Positions 10,466 through 19,751 of a DNA stretch of 64,000 nucleotides are shown here, piece after piece. The stretch is from NCBI GenBank assembly GCA_046049675.1, contig JBJORA010000090.1, forward strand, positions 16,114 to 80,113, read 5' to 3'. Position numbers and translations under genes: made by a program. The DNA is from Bacteroidota bacterium (GTDB lineage: Bacteria; Bacteroidota; Bacteroidia; Chitinophagales; Chitinophagaceae). The notes beneath the pieces were generated by a model. That model saw only the letters and a list, made by a program, of their open reading frames with translations. It had not been told where the DNA came from and ran no database searches. Within the stretch, counting starts at the first letter, position 1; every line of letters begins with the position of its first letter.

Positions 10466-11184
10466 ATAGTATAATAATAGATGACGAACCTTTAGCAAGG
10501 CAAGGGCTAGAGATGCAGTTGAAGAATTTTACTGAAGTTAATTTAATACAATCCTTTAGTAATGCATTAGATGCAGTGCCATTGATTCAGCAGGGTAATA
10601 TTGACTTAATATTTTTAGATATTAATATGCCCGAAATTAACGGATTAGACTTTGCAAAAAAACTTACTAATAGTCCGCTGATAATTTTTGCAACTGCATA
10701 TCCACAATACGCTTTAGATAGTTACGAATTAGATGCTATTGATTATTTATTAAAACCAATACGTATTGAACGCCTAACAAAGGCAATCAATAAAGCTTGT
10801 AGTCACCTAGAACTACTAAGCAATAATAAAGAAGAGCATAAAATTGAATCTGTAGATGATGAAACAGTATTTATAAAAGCAGATAGAAAGTATATTAAAG
10901 TAAGCCTGAAGGATATTTTATTTATAGAAGGCCTTAAAGATTATGTGGTTATTTATACTAAAGAGAAAAAAATCATCACAGCAATGAATCTAAAGGCAAT
11001 TTACAGCAATCTGCCAACGAAGCTTTTTTCAAGAATAAGCAAATCTCACATTGTAAACTTACAACAGATAACAGTAATAGATACTTATTCCATTTTTATT
11101 GGCGAGCATGAGTTGCCTTTAAGTGCCAATCATAAAGAAGAATTTATGCAAATGCATATTTATAAAAGAACATTAAAAAAATAA
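10462..11184 (+). CDS. LytTR-family response regulator
   Basis: Receiver domain (IIIDDEP...DLIFLDINMP). C-terminal LytTR DNA-binding domain. Confidence 0.7.
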   Translation: MNSIIIDDEPLARQGLEMQLKNFTEVNLIQSFSNALDAVPLIQQGNIDLIFLDINMPEINGLDFAKKLTNSPLIIFATAYPQYALDSYELDAIDYLLKPIRIERLTKAINKACSHLELLSNNKEEHKIESVDDETVFIKADRKYIKVSLKDILFIEGLKDYVVIYTKEKKIITAMNLKAIYSNLPTKLFSRISKSHIVNLQQITVIDTYSIFIGEHELPLSANHKEEFMQMHIYKRTLKK

Positions 11185-11196
11185 ATGTAAAATGAA

Positions 11197-11529
11197 AAGG
11201 AATGCATTAGTACTAGTATTAATTGTAGTTTCACAGATGTGTAATGCACAAAAAAGAAATTAGCAGTCTCCAAACAAATAAGCAAAACACCTGATATTAA
11301 AGCTGCTTATTTAGGCAGTATTAAATATCCTGCTTTTAAATTGGGCATAGAAATTCCAAGATATGCCAAAGAAAAAAAAATTACTAAAAAATCGGGCGCG
11401 ACCAAAGTGAAACTGAAGGAGCGTTTTCTTACAGCAAACCTAAGCACGTATCGTCACAAAACGTACCATACTAACTTGATGATTTTAGGAGAATGGAATT
11501 GGCGTCTGACGGCGAAAAGTGGCAAGTAG
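11197..11529 (+). pseudogene. degraded paralog of the 8737-9357 gene (multiple frameshifts/stops)
   Basis: MKRNALVLVLIVVSQMCNAQ signal, then the same block as 8737-9357 in another frame (KEKKITKKSGATKVKLKERFLTANL vs KKKKVTYGKFTRINERFLSANL). Interrupted by stops. Confidence 0.55.
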
Positions 11530-12086
11530 ACGGTGCGCATAATTATGATCGCAATGATAGCTTAACAAGAGCGATGTTGTTGACCACAGGCGAGCAACAA
11601 ATTGCTTTACAAAAAAATATAGACAAATGGCAACCTATTGTTGATTATTGCAAAGCGCATCCTCATAACGAAAGTGCAGAAGTAGCTTTTCAGTTAAATA
11701 GATATGCCAGCCAAGCAGAAGCATACATAAGCGAAGTGTATCCATCTAACATTAGTTTAAATAGTATATTAACTAATCCGCCTCATGATATGTCGGTTAC
11801 ATCTTTGATAAGTAATAATTATAATAGTGCGCTTATCCAACGTTTTGATAGACAAGCTTATGATAAGCCAAATACACCAAATTTTTATAAACTTAAATTA
11901 CCAACTTTATTATTATGGGGTAAGTACGACTTTATTTGTCCAACAGGATTGATGAGTGATATAAAATCAAATATTTCAAGTACTGATGTTTCAGAAAAAA
12001 TATTCGAACATTCTGGACACTCGCCAATGGGTAATGAAGATGTTTTGTTTTGGACGACACTGGTGGATTGGGTGAAACTGCATTAG
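11493..12086 (+). pseudogene. alpha/beta-hydrolase C-terminal fragment (no nucleophile elbow)
   Basis: The C-terminal ...LLLWGKYDFICP...FEHSGHSPM is typical of the alpha/beta hydrolase fold. There is no GxSxG. A stop lies immediately upstream in frame. Fused directly to the OMP-paralog remnant. Confidence 0.45.
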
Positions 12087-12134
12087 TCTTTTGATAATAT
12101 TCGAACTAATGATGACATCAAAGTCAAAAAATAA

Positions 12135-12167
12135 TTTGGAGAAATGAAATCTTAGCATTTACCTTTG
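12135..12167 (+). promoter_or_regulatory. Bacteroidota-type promoter (-33 TTTG 12135-12138; -7 TAccTTTG 12160-12167)
   Basis: TTTG-N21-TAnnTTTG spacing, ~20 nt upstream of the riboswitch P1. Confidence 0.45.
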
Positions 12168-12187
12168 CCTCAGTTCTTACAAATAAT

Positions 12188-12294
12188 TCTTATTCAGAAA
12201 GACCGAGGGATTTGACCCTATGACGTCTTGACAACCTCCCATTTTACATGGAAAGGTGCCAAATTCAACTCCAAGCAATTGGAGAAAAATAAGT
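12188..12294 (+). ncRNA. SAM-I (S-box) riboswitch
   Basis: P1 CUUAUUC...GAAAAAUAAG. Conserved GAGGGA, UGACCC, GCAACC-like and GGUGCCAAAUUC elements. Lies upstream of a Met-biosynthesis PLP enzyme. Confidence 0.75.
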
Positions 12295-12332
12295 TAGAAA
12301 AATAGCAAATACAGTATACTAAAATATATTGA

Positions 12333-12367
12333 AAAGCTCTTCTAACTTGTTGGAAGAGCTTTTTTTA
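12333..12367 (+). terminator. riboswitch expression-platform intrinsic terminator
   Basis: Stem AAGCTCTTC / GAAGAGCTT with a 10-nt loop, followed by TTTTTTT. Confidence 0.7.
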
Positions 12368-12459
12368 TGCTCCTACAGCAAGTAGAATATTTCTCTTGTG
12401 CTTTGTGAATATGAGTTATCAAACTAAATATTTAATAACATACAAAGCAAAATTTACAA

Positions 12460-13626
12460 ATGCAAGAGATAACAAAATTGCTACACAGTATTCCTGTAGA
12501 TCCGCTAACAGGGGCTATTTGCACGCCCATTTACCAAACAAGCACCTTCGTGCAAAATGCGCCAGGCGTGCACAAGGGCTACGATTATGCACGTAGCAAT
12601 AATCCGACACGTAAAGTTTTAGAAGACTTAATCGCCACCCTAGAAAATGGTGCAAGCGGCTATGCTTTTGCAAGCGGATTGGCTGCAATTGATGCGGTAA
12701 TAAAGTTATTAAATGCAGGAGATGAAATAGTAGCGGTAGACGATATTTATGGCGGCGCTTTTAGATTGTTTACGCACATCTACGAAAAGTTTGGCATTAC
12801 TGTAAACTATGTAGACGCAACAGATGCTGTTAATGTAGCCAATGCTATTACCGACAAAACAAAACTTATTTGGCTAGAAAGCCCAACAAATCCTACGCTA
12901 AAAATTGCTGATATACGTGCTATTGCTGCAATTGCAAAAGCAAGTAGTGCTTTGCTATGTGTAGACAATACGTTTGCATCGCCTGCCGCACAAAAGCCCA
13001 TTACGCTTGGTGCAGATATTGTCATTCATTCTGCTACAAAATATTTATCTGGCCACAGCGATGTTATTGCTGGCTTGGTGGTAACGCGTACAGCAGAGCT
13101 TGGAGAAAAAATAAAATTCATACAAAATGCTAGTGGCGCTATACTCGGGCCTTGGGATTCGTGGTTGGCTATACGCGGCATAGAAACATTGCCTTTGCGC
13201 ATTAAACAACATTCAGACACTGCAGCAAAAATTGCAGCTTATTTACAAAGCAATGAGCTTGTAAAAAATGTGTACTATCCCGGCTTGGCAACGCACAAAA
13301 ACCACGATATCGCAAAGCAACAGCAGACATACTTTGGTGGCATTATTTCCTTTGATTTGGTCGTAGATGATAAAGCACTTGCTACACAAATTGTAAGCAG
13401 TACCCAGTACTTTAAGCTAGCAGAAAGTTTAGGTGGTGTAAAAAGCCTTATCTGTTTACCCTGCGAAATGACCCATAAATCTATCCCACAAGAAAAGCGT
13501 TATGCTAGCGGTATTACAAATAGTTTAATTAGACTATCAGTCGGTTTAGAAGATGCTGATGATTTAATAGGCGACTTGCAAGCAGTTTTAGAAAAAGTTG
13601 AACAAACCTTACTTGTAAAGCAATAA
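12460..13626 (+). CDS. Cys/Met-metabolism PLP-dependent enzyme (cystathionine gamma-synthase/beta-lyase family)
   Basis: PLP-lysine block SATKYLSGHSDVIAGLVV. Length 388 aa. Preceded by a SAM riboswitch. Confidence 0.75.
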   Translation: MQEITKLLHSIPVDPLTGAICTPIYQTSTFVQNAPGVHKGYDYARSNNPTRKVLEDLIATLENGASGYAFASGLAAIDAVIKLLNAGDEIVAVDDIYGGAFRLFTHIYEKFGITVNYVDATDAVNVANAITDKTKLIWLESPTNPTLKIADIRAIAAIAKASSALLCVDNTFASPAAQKPITLGADIVIHSATKYLSGHSDVIAGLVVTRTAELGEKIKFIQNASGAILGPWDSWLAIRGIETLPLRIKQHSDTAAKIAAYLQSNELVKNVYYPGLATHKNHDIAKQQQTYFGGIISFDLVVDDKALATQIVSSTQYFKLAESLGGVKSLICLPCEMTHKSIPQEKRYASGITNSLIRLSVGLEDADDLIGDLQAVLEKVEQTLLVKQ

Positions 13627-14883
13627 TTGAATTTAAGCATGGAAAGAATTAAATTAGATATCGGCCTTTTTGGCTTTGGTTGCGTAGGCTACGGCTTGTA
13701 CCAAGTATTGGCGCAAACACCTAGCATCAATGCGCACATCAAAAATTTCTGCGTAAAGGATAGAAACAAGCAACGCCAAATTGATGCGCACAATTTTGTA
13801 TTTGATAAAGACATCATTCTCAACGATGATAGTATAAATGTAGTAGTTGAATTGATTGACGATGCGGATGAGGCTTTTGCAATAGTAAAAACAGCATTAC
13901 AAAAGGGTAAGGCGGTAGTAAGTGCAAACAAGAAAATGATAGCAGAACATTTTGAAGAATTACAATTACTGCAACAAAAGCACAACGTACCACTCTTGTA
14001 CGAAGGATCTGTTTGTGCTAGTATTCCCATCATTCGTAATCTAGAAGAGTACTACAACAACGATCTTTTGGAATCTCTTGAGGGCATTGTAAATGGATCT
14101 ACGAATTACATACTTACAAAAACGGCTACAGAAAATTTAAGTTATGCCGATGCTTTGCAGCAAGCGCAAGCTAATGGTTATGCAGAAAGTAATCCAATAC
14201 TAGATACTGGTGGTTATGATGCAAAGTATAAGCTACTCATATTGTTGGCGCATGCATTTGGCTTAGTACTTAAGCCAGAAGACATTTTTAATATTGGCAT
14301 CAATCATATTAATAATTTGCAATTGAAGTATGCCAAGGAGAACGGCTATAAGATAAAGCTAGTTGCACAAGCATTTAAGACAAGCCATGATTCGATTTGC
14401 GCATTTGTGGCACCCAAATTTGTGGCACCTAACGAAAAGCTATATCAGGTAGACGATGTATTTAATGGTGTAGTACTACAAACAGTCTTTGCAGAAAGTC
14501 AATTCTTTGTTGGCAAAGGTGCAGGTGCTTATCCAACAGCATCAGCAGTACTAAGTGACATTAGTGCTTTGGGTTACAACTACCAATACGAGTATCATAA
14601 GATAAGGTACAATAATTCTAGCCATGCGAGTGCAGCAGCAGTAAATTTAAGCGTATTGTTGAGTGCAAAAGTGGATGAGCTAAATGCAATCAAATCGTAT
14701 GTTGCTTGCATTAAAGAGACTTTTATAAACCAAACTCTGGGTTACGTGATTGCAGAAATAGATTTAGCCTCCTTGCAACTTATCACCAGCGAATTTGCAT
14801 GTAGTGCGATTGTATTCGAGGTGCTAGAAAATGAAACTACTGATAAGCTTGCCTCGAAAAAAGAAAGCGCATGTATTGCTTAA
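13627..14883 (+). CDS. hom: homoserine dehydrogenase
   Basis: NAD-binding LFGFGCVGYGL. Motifs NGSTNYILTKTATENLSYADALQQAQANGYAESNPILDTGGYDAKYKLLIL. Start codon overlaps the upstream stop. Confidence 0.7.
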   Translation: MNLSMERIKLDIGLFGFGCVGYGLYQVLAQTPSINAHIKNFCVKDRNKQRQIDAHNFVFDKDIILNDDSINVVVELIDDADEAFAIVKTALQKGKAVVSANKKMIAEHFEELQLLQQKHNVPLLYEGSVCASIPIIRNLEEYYNNDLLESLEGIVNGSTNYILTKTATENLSYADALQQAQANGYAESNPILDTGGYDAKYKLLILLAHAFGLVLKPEDIFNIGINHINNLQLKYAKENGYKIKLVAQAFKTSHDSICAFVAPKFVAPNEKLYQVDDVFNGVVLQTVFAESQFFVGKGAGAYPTASAVLSDISALGYNYQYEYHKIRYNNSSHASAAAVNLSVLLSAKVDELNAIKSYVACIKETFINQTLGYVIAEIDLASLQLITSEFACSAIVFEVLENETTDKLASKKESACIA

Positions 14884-14961
14884 GCTTGCATATGAGAATA
14901 TCTTTTTCAGCATGTAATAGCCAGATTAGTAATTATTAACTTAAATTGCTGCAAGCATTTT

Positions 14962-15429
14962 ATGTATCAGGACTTAGTAGCCGTATTAGGCAAGCACATT
15001 GATAGCAAGGAGTTTCAAGCTATGCTCCAGAAACACTTTCCGGACTTTAAGAAATTTGATAAAAACAAAGAATACAAAGACAAAAAAACAAAAGTGGTAT
15101 TAAGGATAGATTGCCTCACAGCACACGATGATACTGCAAAGACTTCCGAAGACCCAAAAGACTATCAATATTTTATTGCCTTCTTTTTTGGTAAAGACGA
15201 AAGCGAAATGCCATTTGGCATTACGAGCAAAGATGATGAAGCAACGATTATACAAAAGGCAGGCATGCCAACACATCATAATAAAAAGATGGATGGGGGC
15301 ATCTTTGGCAATGTGAACGACCTACACTACCACATTGATAATTATAAAATGTTGGTATCCCTTGATCCAGAAACAGGTAAGCAGTATAATATTGGCATTA
15401 ATTTGCGCTTAAAGGGAATGAAGTTTTAG
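14962..15429 (+). CDS. hypothetical protein
   Basis: 155-aa ORF, no motif recognised. Confidence 0.4.
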   Translation: MYQDLVAVLGKHIDSKEFQAMLQKHFPDFKKFDKNKEYKDKKTKVVLRIDCLTAHDDTAKTSEDPKDYQYFIAFFFGKDESEMPFGITSKDDEATIIQKAGMPTHHNKKMDGGIFGNVNDLHYHIDNYKMLVSLDPETGKQYNIGINLRLKGMKF

Positions 15430-15445
15430 GCTAAGTATATGTATC

Positions 15446-17674
15446 ATGAGAGAGAGCTATAGATATCTATATTGCTGGGTTAGCGTATTCTGCATTTGTA
15501 GCAATGTGGTATTGGCACAAAATACCAAACTGCCTGTCATGGAAATGATATTTGGACCCACAGCCAGCAATGCAGTTGTGGGCAATGGTGGACTAACAGT
15601 GGGTTTGAGCAAGTATGGCGAGGCTGTGAGTATGCGTTGGCCCTGTAGTAATTATTACGATCAATTAAACTTCGCAACTATTCATCCCGTACCAGCTTGG
15701 AATAAAGTAGAATGGTACGATAGGCATTTGAATGCAAAAGAATTTGATGGCGCTTACTGTGGCTTGTCGTTTACACAAAATGGCAAACAAGTCATTACTT
15801 GGTTGAGAGACAAAACATGGACCGCAACACAATCATACTTACAAAACGATGCTGCTGTTGTACTTACTAAATACGTGCATAGCGGTTTAGGTTTAGAAAT
15901 TGTGTGTACAGATTTTGTATTGCCCAATAGTGATGTGTATTGTAGAAATTTCAAATTAGAAAAAAGCAATCCAGCCATAAGTAATATCCAACTATTGACC
16001 ATGAGTAATATGGCTATGTGCAATACCCTTAAGCCTAATGATCCTGCAAGCGATTGGGCCGATGATAGTAAAAATGGTTATGTGAGTTTTTTAGATAAAG
16101 ACAATGATGCTTCGGTTTCTTTCGTGCTAAATGAAAGTAGTGCAAGGTTTAAGCAATTGCCTACAAAAAGCAATGTATCCAATTTTGCAAATGCAGTAAA
16201 AACAAGCTATACCAAGGATGAAACAGTAATTGCAAAAGCATCTCCCAACTTGGATGTTTTCTGTGCTATTAGCGCAAACAAAAAAGCGATAAAGCACTAC
16301 TTGTGCAATAGCAACGAATTTAAGTTAACGCAATTAAACAAGCATAAAGACTATGTTGCCGGCAATAGTATTACATTAAGCACCTATGATCTTTCGCTTA
16401 GTGAAAATGTTCAACTGTTTTATTCATTTGCTGGTAGTTATACAAATAGTATCACACAATTAGCTGAGGCGAAAAGTAAATCGTTTGAAAGTTTATTGCA
16501 AGCAACATTAAGCTATTGGCAACAAAAAATGGCTAAAGCTAAATTGCCAAATGTGCCCGATGCAAAAATGAAAACCACCTTGCAACGCATTTTAATTAAT
16601 ACACTTTTAGCAACAAACAAAGGCAATGGCATAGGCAGTAGCGTTGGTGAAACCCAACCACCCTATACCATGATTTGGGTGCGCGATGCTGCCATAATGG
16701 GGTATATGCTAGACTGTGCGGGCTTTACGCAAGAGGCAGAAGACAATGTAAATTTTATTGCGCGCACACAGCGTAAGCAAGATGGACAAGATTGCCGAAA
16801 GCCCAGTAATAATGAGTGTTACAAAGGTACATGGAGTCAATGCTATTTTGCCAACGGCATACCAAGTTGGGATTATGATTTTGAAGTAGATGAAGTTGGA
16901 TGGGGCATTTGGGCTATGTATACGCATAGTTTATTTTTAGAAGGGCAAAATAAAAAAGCGTATCTGAAACCATTTGAACAAAATATTATTGATGCTGCAG
17001 ATTTTTTAGTGCGCTTTAAAGATGACAATGGTTTACAGAAAAAAGCGCGTGAAGATGATTTGCTTTGGGAAAGCCAAACCATATTGGGTGCTTCTACTAC
17101 TGTAATCGGATTAAAGAGTGCAATTGCAGCATTAAAAATTATTAATCCTACACATATAAAAATTGCAACCTATACAGCACGTTTGCAAGAATTAGAAAAT
17201 GCCATTATTAAAGAATTTTGGAATAGCAATAAACAAGAATTAGGCGAAGCTGTGTATGGTAATTTTGGTCCACGGGGTTTAATTATTTGGCCAGCTCAAT
17301 TTTTACCAATGTCTGATAACAAAATGCAAGCACAAGCAAAAACCATTAGCAAACAGATGGAACCTTTTTTCAATAAAGAATCTTCTGCAATGAATAAAGA
17401 ATGGTGGTATCTAGGTAAAGCCACTACTGCAATGGCAGCTGTAGATAATAACGAAACAAAGACACTTACTAAGCAATACTTGGGCATTTTACTAAAAGAT
17501 GTATGTACACAAGACACTTATATTTATGGCGAAACGCCTATGCTTCGTAAAAATATCGCTGGCAAATGGTACTACGACAACCGCGTAGGCCAACCGAGTA
17601 ATCATCCAGCGGCTTGGATATACATGACGGCAGAATTGTTATATGGCAATACTCATCCAGAATTGTATAAATAA
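15446..17674 (+). CDS. secreted glycoside hydrolase, GH15 (glucoamylase-like) family candidate
   Basis: Signal peptide. WVRDAA and DDLLWESQ blocks resemble GH15 catalytic-region motifs. 742 aa. Confidence 0.4.
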   Translation: MRESYRYLYCWVSVFCICSNVVLAQNTKLPVMEMIFGPTASNAVVGNGGLTVGLSKYGEAVSMRWPCSNYYDQLNFATIHPVPAWNKVEWYDRHLNAKEFDGAYCGLSFTQNGKQVITWLRDKTWTATQSYLQNDAAVVLTKYVHSGLGLEIVCTDFVLPNSDVYCRNFKLEKSNPAISNIQLLTMSNMAMCNTLKPNDPASDWADDSKNGYVSFLDKDNDASVSFVLNESSARFKQLPTKSNVSNFANAVKTSYTKDETVIAKASPNLDVFCAISANKKAIKHYLCNSNEFKLTQLNKHKDYVAGNSITLSTYDLSLSENVQLFYSFAGSYTNSITQLAEAKSKSFESLLQATLSYWQQKMAKAKLPNVPDAKMKTTLQRILINTLLATNKGNGIGSSVGETQPPYTMIWVRDAAIMGYMLDCAGFTQEAEDNVNFIARTQRKQDGQDCRKPSNNECYKGTWSQCYFANGIPSWDYDFEVDEVGWGIWAMYTHSLFLEGQNKKAYLKPFEQNIIDAADFLVRFKDDNGLQKKAREDDLLWESQTILGASTTVIGLKSAIAALKIINPTHIKIATYTARLQELENAIIKEFWNSNKQELGEAVYGNFGPRGLIIWPAQFLPMSDNKMQAQAKTISKQMEPFFNKESSAMNKEWWYLGKATTAMAAVDNNETKTLTKQYLGILLKDVCTQDTYIYGETPMLRKNIAGKWYYDNRVGQPSNHPAAWIYMTAELLYGNTHPELYK

Positions 17675-17680
17675 ATTAAA

Positions 17681-18229
17681 ATGAAAAAAGTTACACTATT
17701 ACCGCAAATTGGTGTGCATATTGAAGGCCTTGGTCAACTAAACTTTGGCGACAATAAAGAACAAGTATTTAAGCTACTTGGCGAACCAAGTTTTGTTTGC
17801 TCAGAAAAACGCTTTGAGTTTAAAGACTATGGTTGCTTTATTGACTTTAAGAAAAGCGATAACACATTTGAATGCGCCGAATTTTGGAATGATGGCAAGG
17901 ATAATGCAGCTCAAGTATATATTTATGATATTGAGGTGCTACAAAATGAAGCCATGCCTATAAAGAAACTACTTCAAGAAAAAAACAATAAAGAGGAAGC
18001 AAAGGATGGTTGGTATATAAATATTGATGTAATCTACGCTGGAGGTAGTCAGCACACGATGCTTAATTATATTGAAGAACTGAAGAAAGATGGGCAATTT
18101 GAAGGTATAGCGCAAGAACAAGCCCTTATTGATTTAGAGAAAGCCAAATACTTTTCTGCTTTTGGCATTGGCTACAAAGGTTATTGTAAAGATGGACTAG
18201 CGGAGATTGACATGCTTATGCTTAAGTAA
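17681..18229 (+). CDS. hypothetical protein
   Basis: 182 aa, no motif recognised. Confidence 0.4.
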   Translation: MKKVTLLPQIGVHIEGLGQLNFGDNKEQVFKLLGEPSFVCSEKRFEFKDYGCFIDFKKSDNTFECAEFWNDGKDNAAQVYIYDIEVLQNEAMPIKKLLQEKNNKEEAKDGWYINIDVIYAGGSQHTMLNYIEELKKDGQFEGIAQEQALIDLEKAKYFSAFGIGYKGYCKDGLAEIDMLMLK

Positions 18230-18274
18230 TATTTGAACTTTGCAGAACTCTGCTGCTAGGCTTACCTTTAATAG

Positions 18275-18397
18275 ATCGCAAAGTTTACTTTTACGCAATA
18301 AACTATTATTTTTGAGTATGATAACGGTGCCCTTATGCAGCCTAATGAGACGGATCGTGGAACACTTAATTGACTCAATTGGCCACGCTGCTGCATC
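18275..18397 (+). repeat. R2 intergenic repeat copy A (hairpin GCAAAG..CTTTTNGC + TAttTTTG + TATGATAAC + ..ATTGACTCAATT..)
   Basis: Aligns with the copies at 24828, 53031, 58317 and weaker ones at 26411 and 28163. Lies 40 nt upstream of the 18440 gene. Confidence 0.6.
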
Positions 18398-18439
18398 AAT
18401 CAGTATTCTTTGGTGGTATTTTAATAAAACGACACAGCT

Positions 18440-19309
18440 ATGGGAACATGGGGAATAGCCATAAAAGACAATGACGCATTTGCCGACATTTACAGCGAAT
18501 TCTTCGACCAATATAATAAAGGTGGACAACCTGAAATTATTGCCAAGAAAATCATAGACGACAATTGGGAAATTCTTGAAATAGAAGAAGAAAAGAATAG
18601 CTTATGGTTTGCTCTTGCTTTGGCTCAATGGGAGACAAAGTCGCTAGACCCCAAAGTATTATCGACAGTTGAGGATATAATTACATCAGGTGCTGATTTG
18701 AAAATTTGGCTTGATCTTGGAGCAAGTGAACAAGACATTAAAAAACGAAAAATTGCACTTGACAAATTTCTCGAAAAAATCAAGTTAGAAAGACCAAAGG
18801 CTAAACCAAGAAAAAAGGAAAAATTAAAATCGCCAATTTTCGCAACAGGAGACTGTTTAGTTTTTAGATTAACAAATGGAAATTATGGCGGCGCAGTCGT
18901 TTTGGCGACAGACATTAATCCTGAGACAGCATACAATTTGATAGCTACAACAAGACTAAATCAAAGTCATAAACCGACACTTGAGGACTTCGAAAATGCT
19001 GAAGTTCTAATTTGCAATTTCGGTCAATGGCAAGACAGCGTAGCGGTAACTTGGTATATGCCCGACTTATTTTATAAAGACTATGTAGAAATTTACGAGA
19101 ACATTGGAAAAATGTCTGTAGATCTAAAGTACGACACAAAGAATTATGAGGGCAAAGCCTATTTGTTTGAACCTACTTATACGTCAGGCTGGACTATGAA
19201 TACTGTGGCACAAAATCAATTCGAATCTGAAATAGCGAAGTCGAAACCGACAAAGACTATAACGATAAGACAGCTAACTAAAAAAGAGAAATGGTGGAAA
19301 GTATTCTAG
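18440..19309 (+). CDS. DUF4259-like protein
   Basis: N-terminus MGTWGIAIKDNDAFADIYSEFFDQY resembles the DUF4259 signature (recall). Confidence 0.4.
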   Translation: MGTWGIAIKDNDAFADIYSEFFDQYNKGGQPEIIAKKIIDDNWEILEIEEEKNSLWFALALAQWETKSLDPKVLSTVEDIITSGADLKIWLDLGASEQDIKKRKIALDKFLEKIKLERPKAKPRKKEKLKSPIFATGDCLVFRLTNGNYGGAVVLATDINPETAYNLIATTRLNQSHKPTLEDFENAEVLICNFGQWQDSVAVTWYMPDLFYKDYVEIYENIGKMSVDLKYDTKNYEGKAYLFEPTYTSGWTMNTVAQNQFESEIAKSKPTKTITIRQLTKKEKWWKVF

Positions 19310-19540
19310 GACAAAGGCTCTATATCTTAAGCTCCCATAATTGGCTGGCATAGAAACCACATCCAACAATTTTTTGATCTTTAAGAAAAGACACTTTCAA
19401 GTGGCAAACATAAACATTCTGAACCCTAAAGTCCACTATAATTATTATGGCAAGGCATTATTTTACGTAATAAATTATTCTCTTGAGAAGAACAAAATTG
19501 CTAGTATCTATTGTCAGCAGGTGGATCATCCAACTATTGG

Positions 19541-19570
19541 TTGGCGCAATTGGCAGCTCAATTGCGCCAA
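19541..19570 (+). promoter_or_regulatory. perfect 12-bp inverted repeat TTGGCGCAATTG-N6-CAATTGCGCCAA
   Basis: Read directly in the sequence, 180 nt upstream of the giant helicase gene. Candidate operator. Confidence 0.4.
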
Positions 19571-19751
19571 GTACTATTCGCTAGAAATGCATGCAATAGC
19601 TACACTCTCGGTACTACACTTCTGCATTATTAAGCAACGACTAGAATAATTTTTTGGCAGTTAAACAACTCTATAAGACCTGTGCTAATTCAATTTTTAA
19701 AATACATCATGTTTGGAATAAATTTCGCAATAATGACTATTTTAGAGCAGT

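Noticed and set aside
12396-12596. 66-aa ORF overlapping the riboswitch terminator and the start of the transsulfuration gene.
   Set aside because: It is out of frame with the well-supported 12460 start and overlaps the regulatory RNA. Judged spurious.
19341-19649. 102-aa ORF between the DUF4259 gene and the helicase fusion.
   Set aside because: No start context, odd composition (W/Y/C-rich), and it lies in the upstream regulatory region containing the inverted repeat. Probably non-coding.
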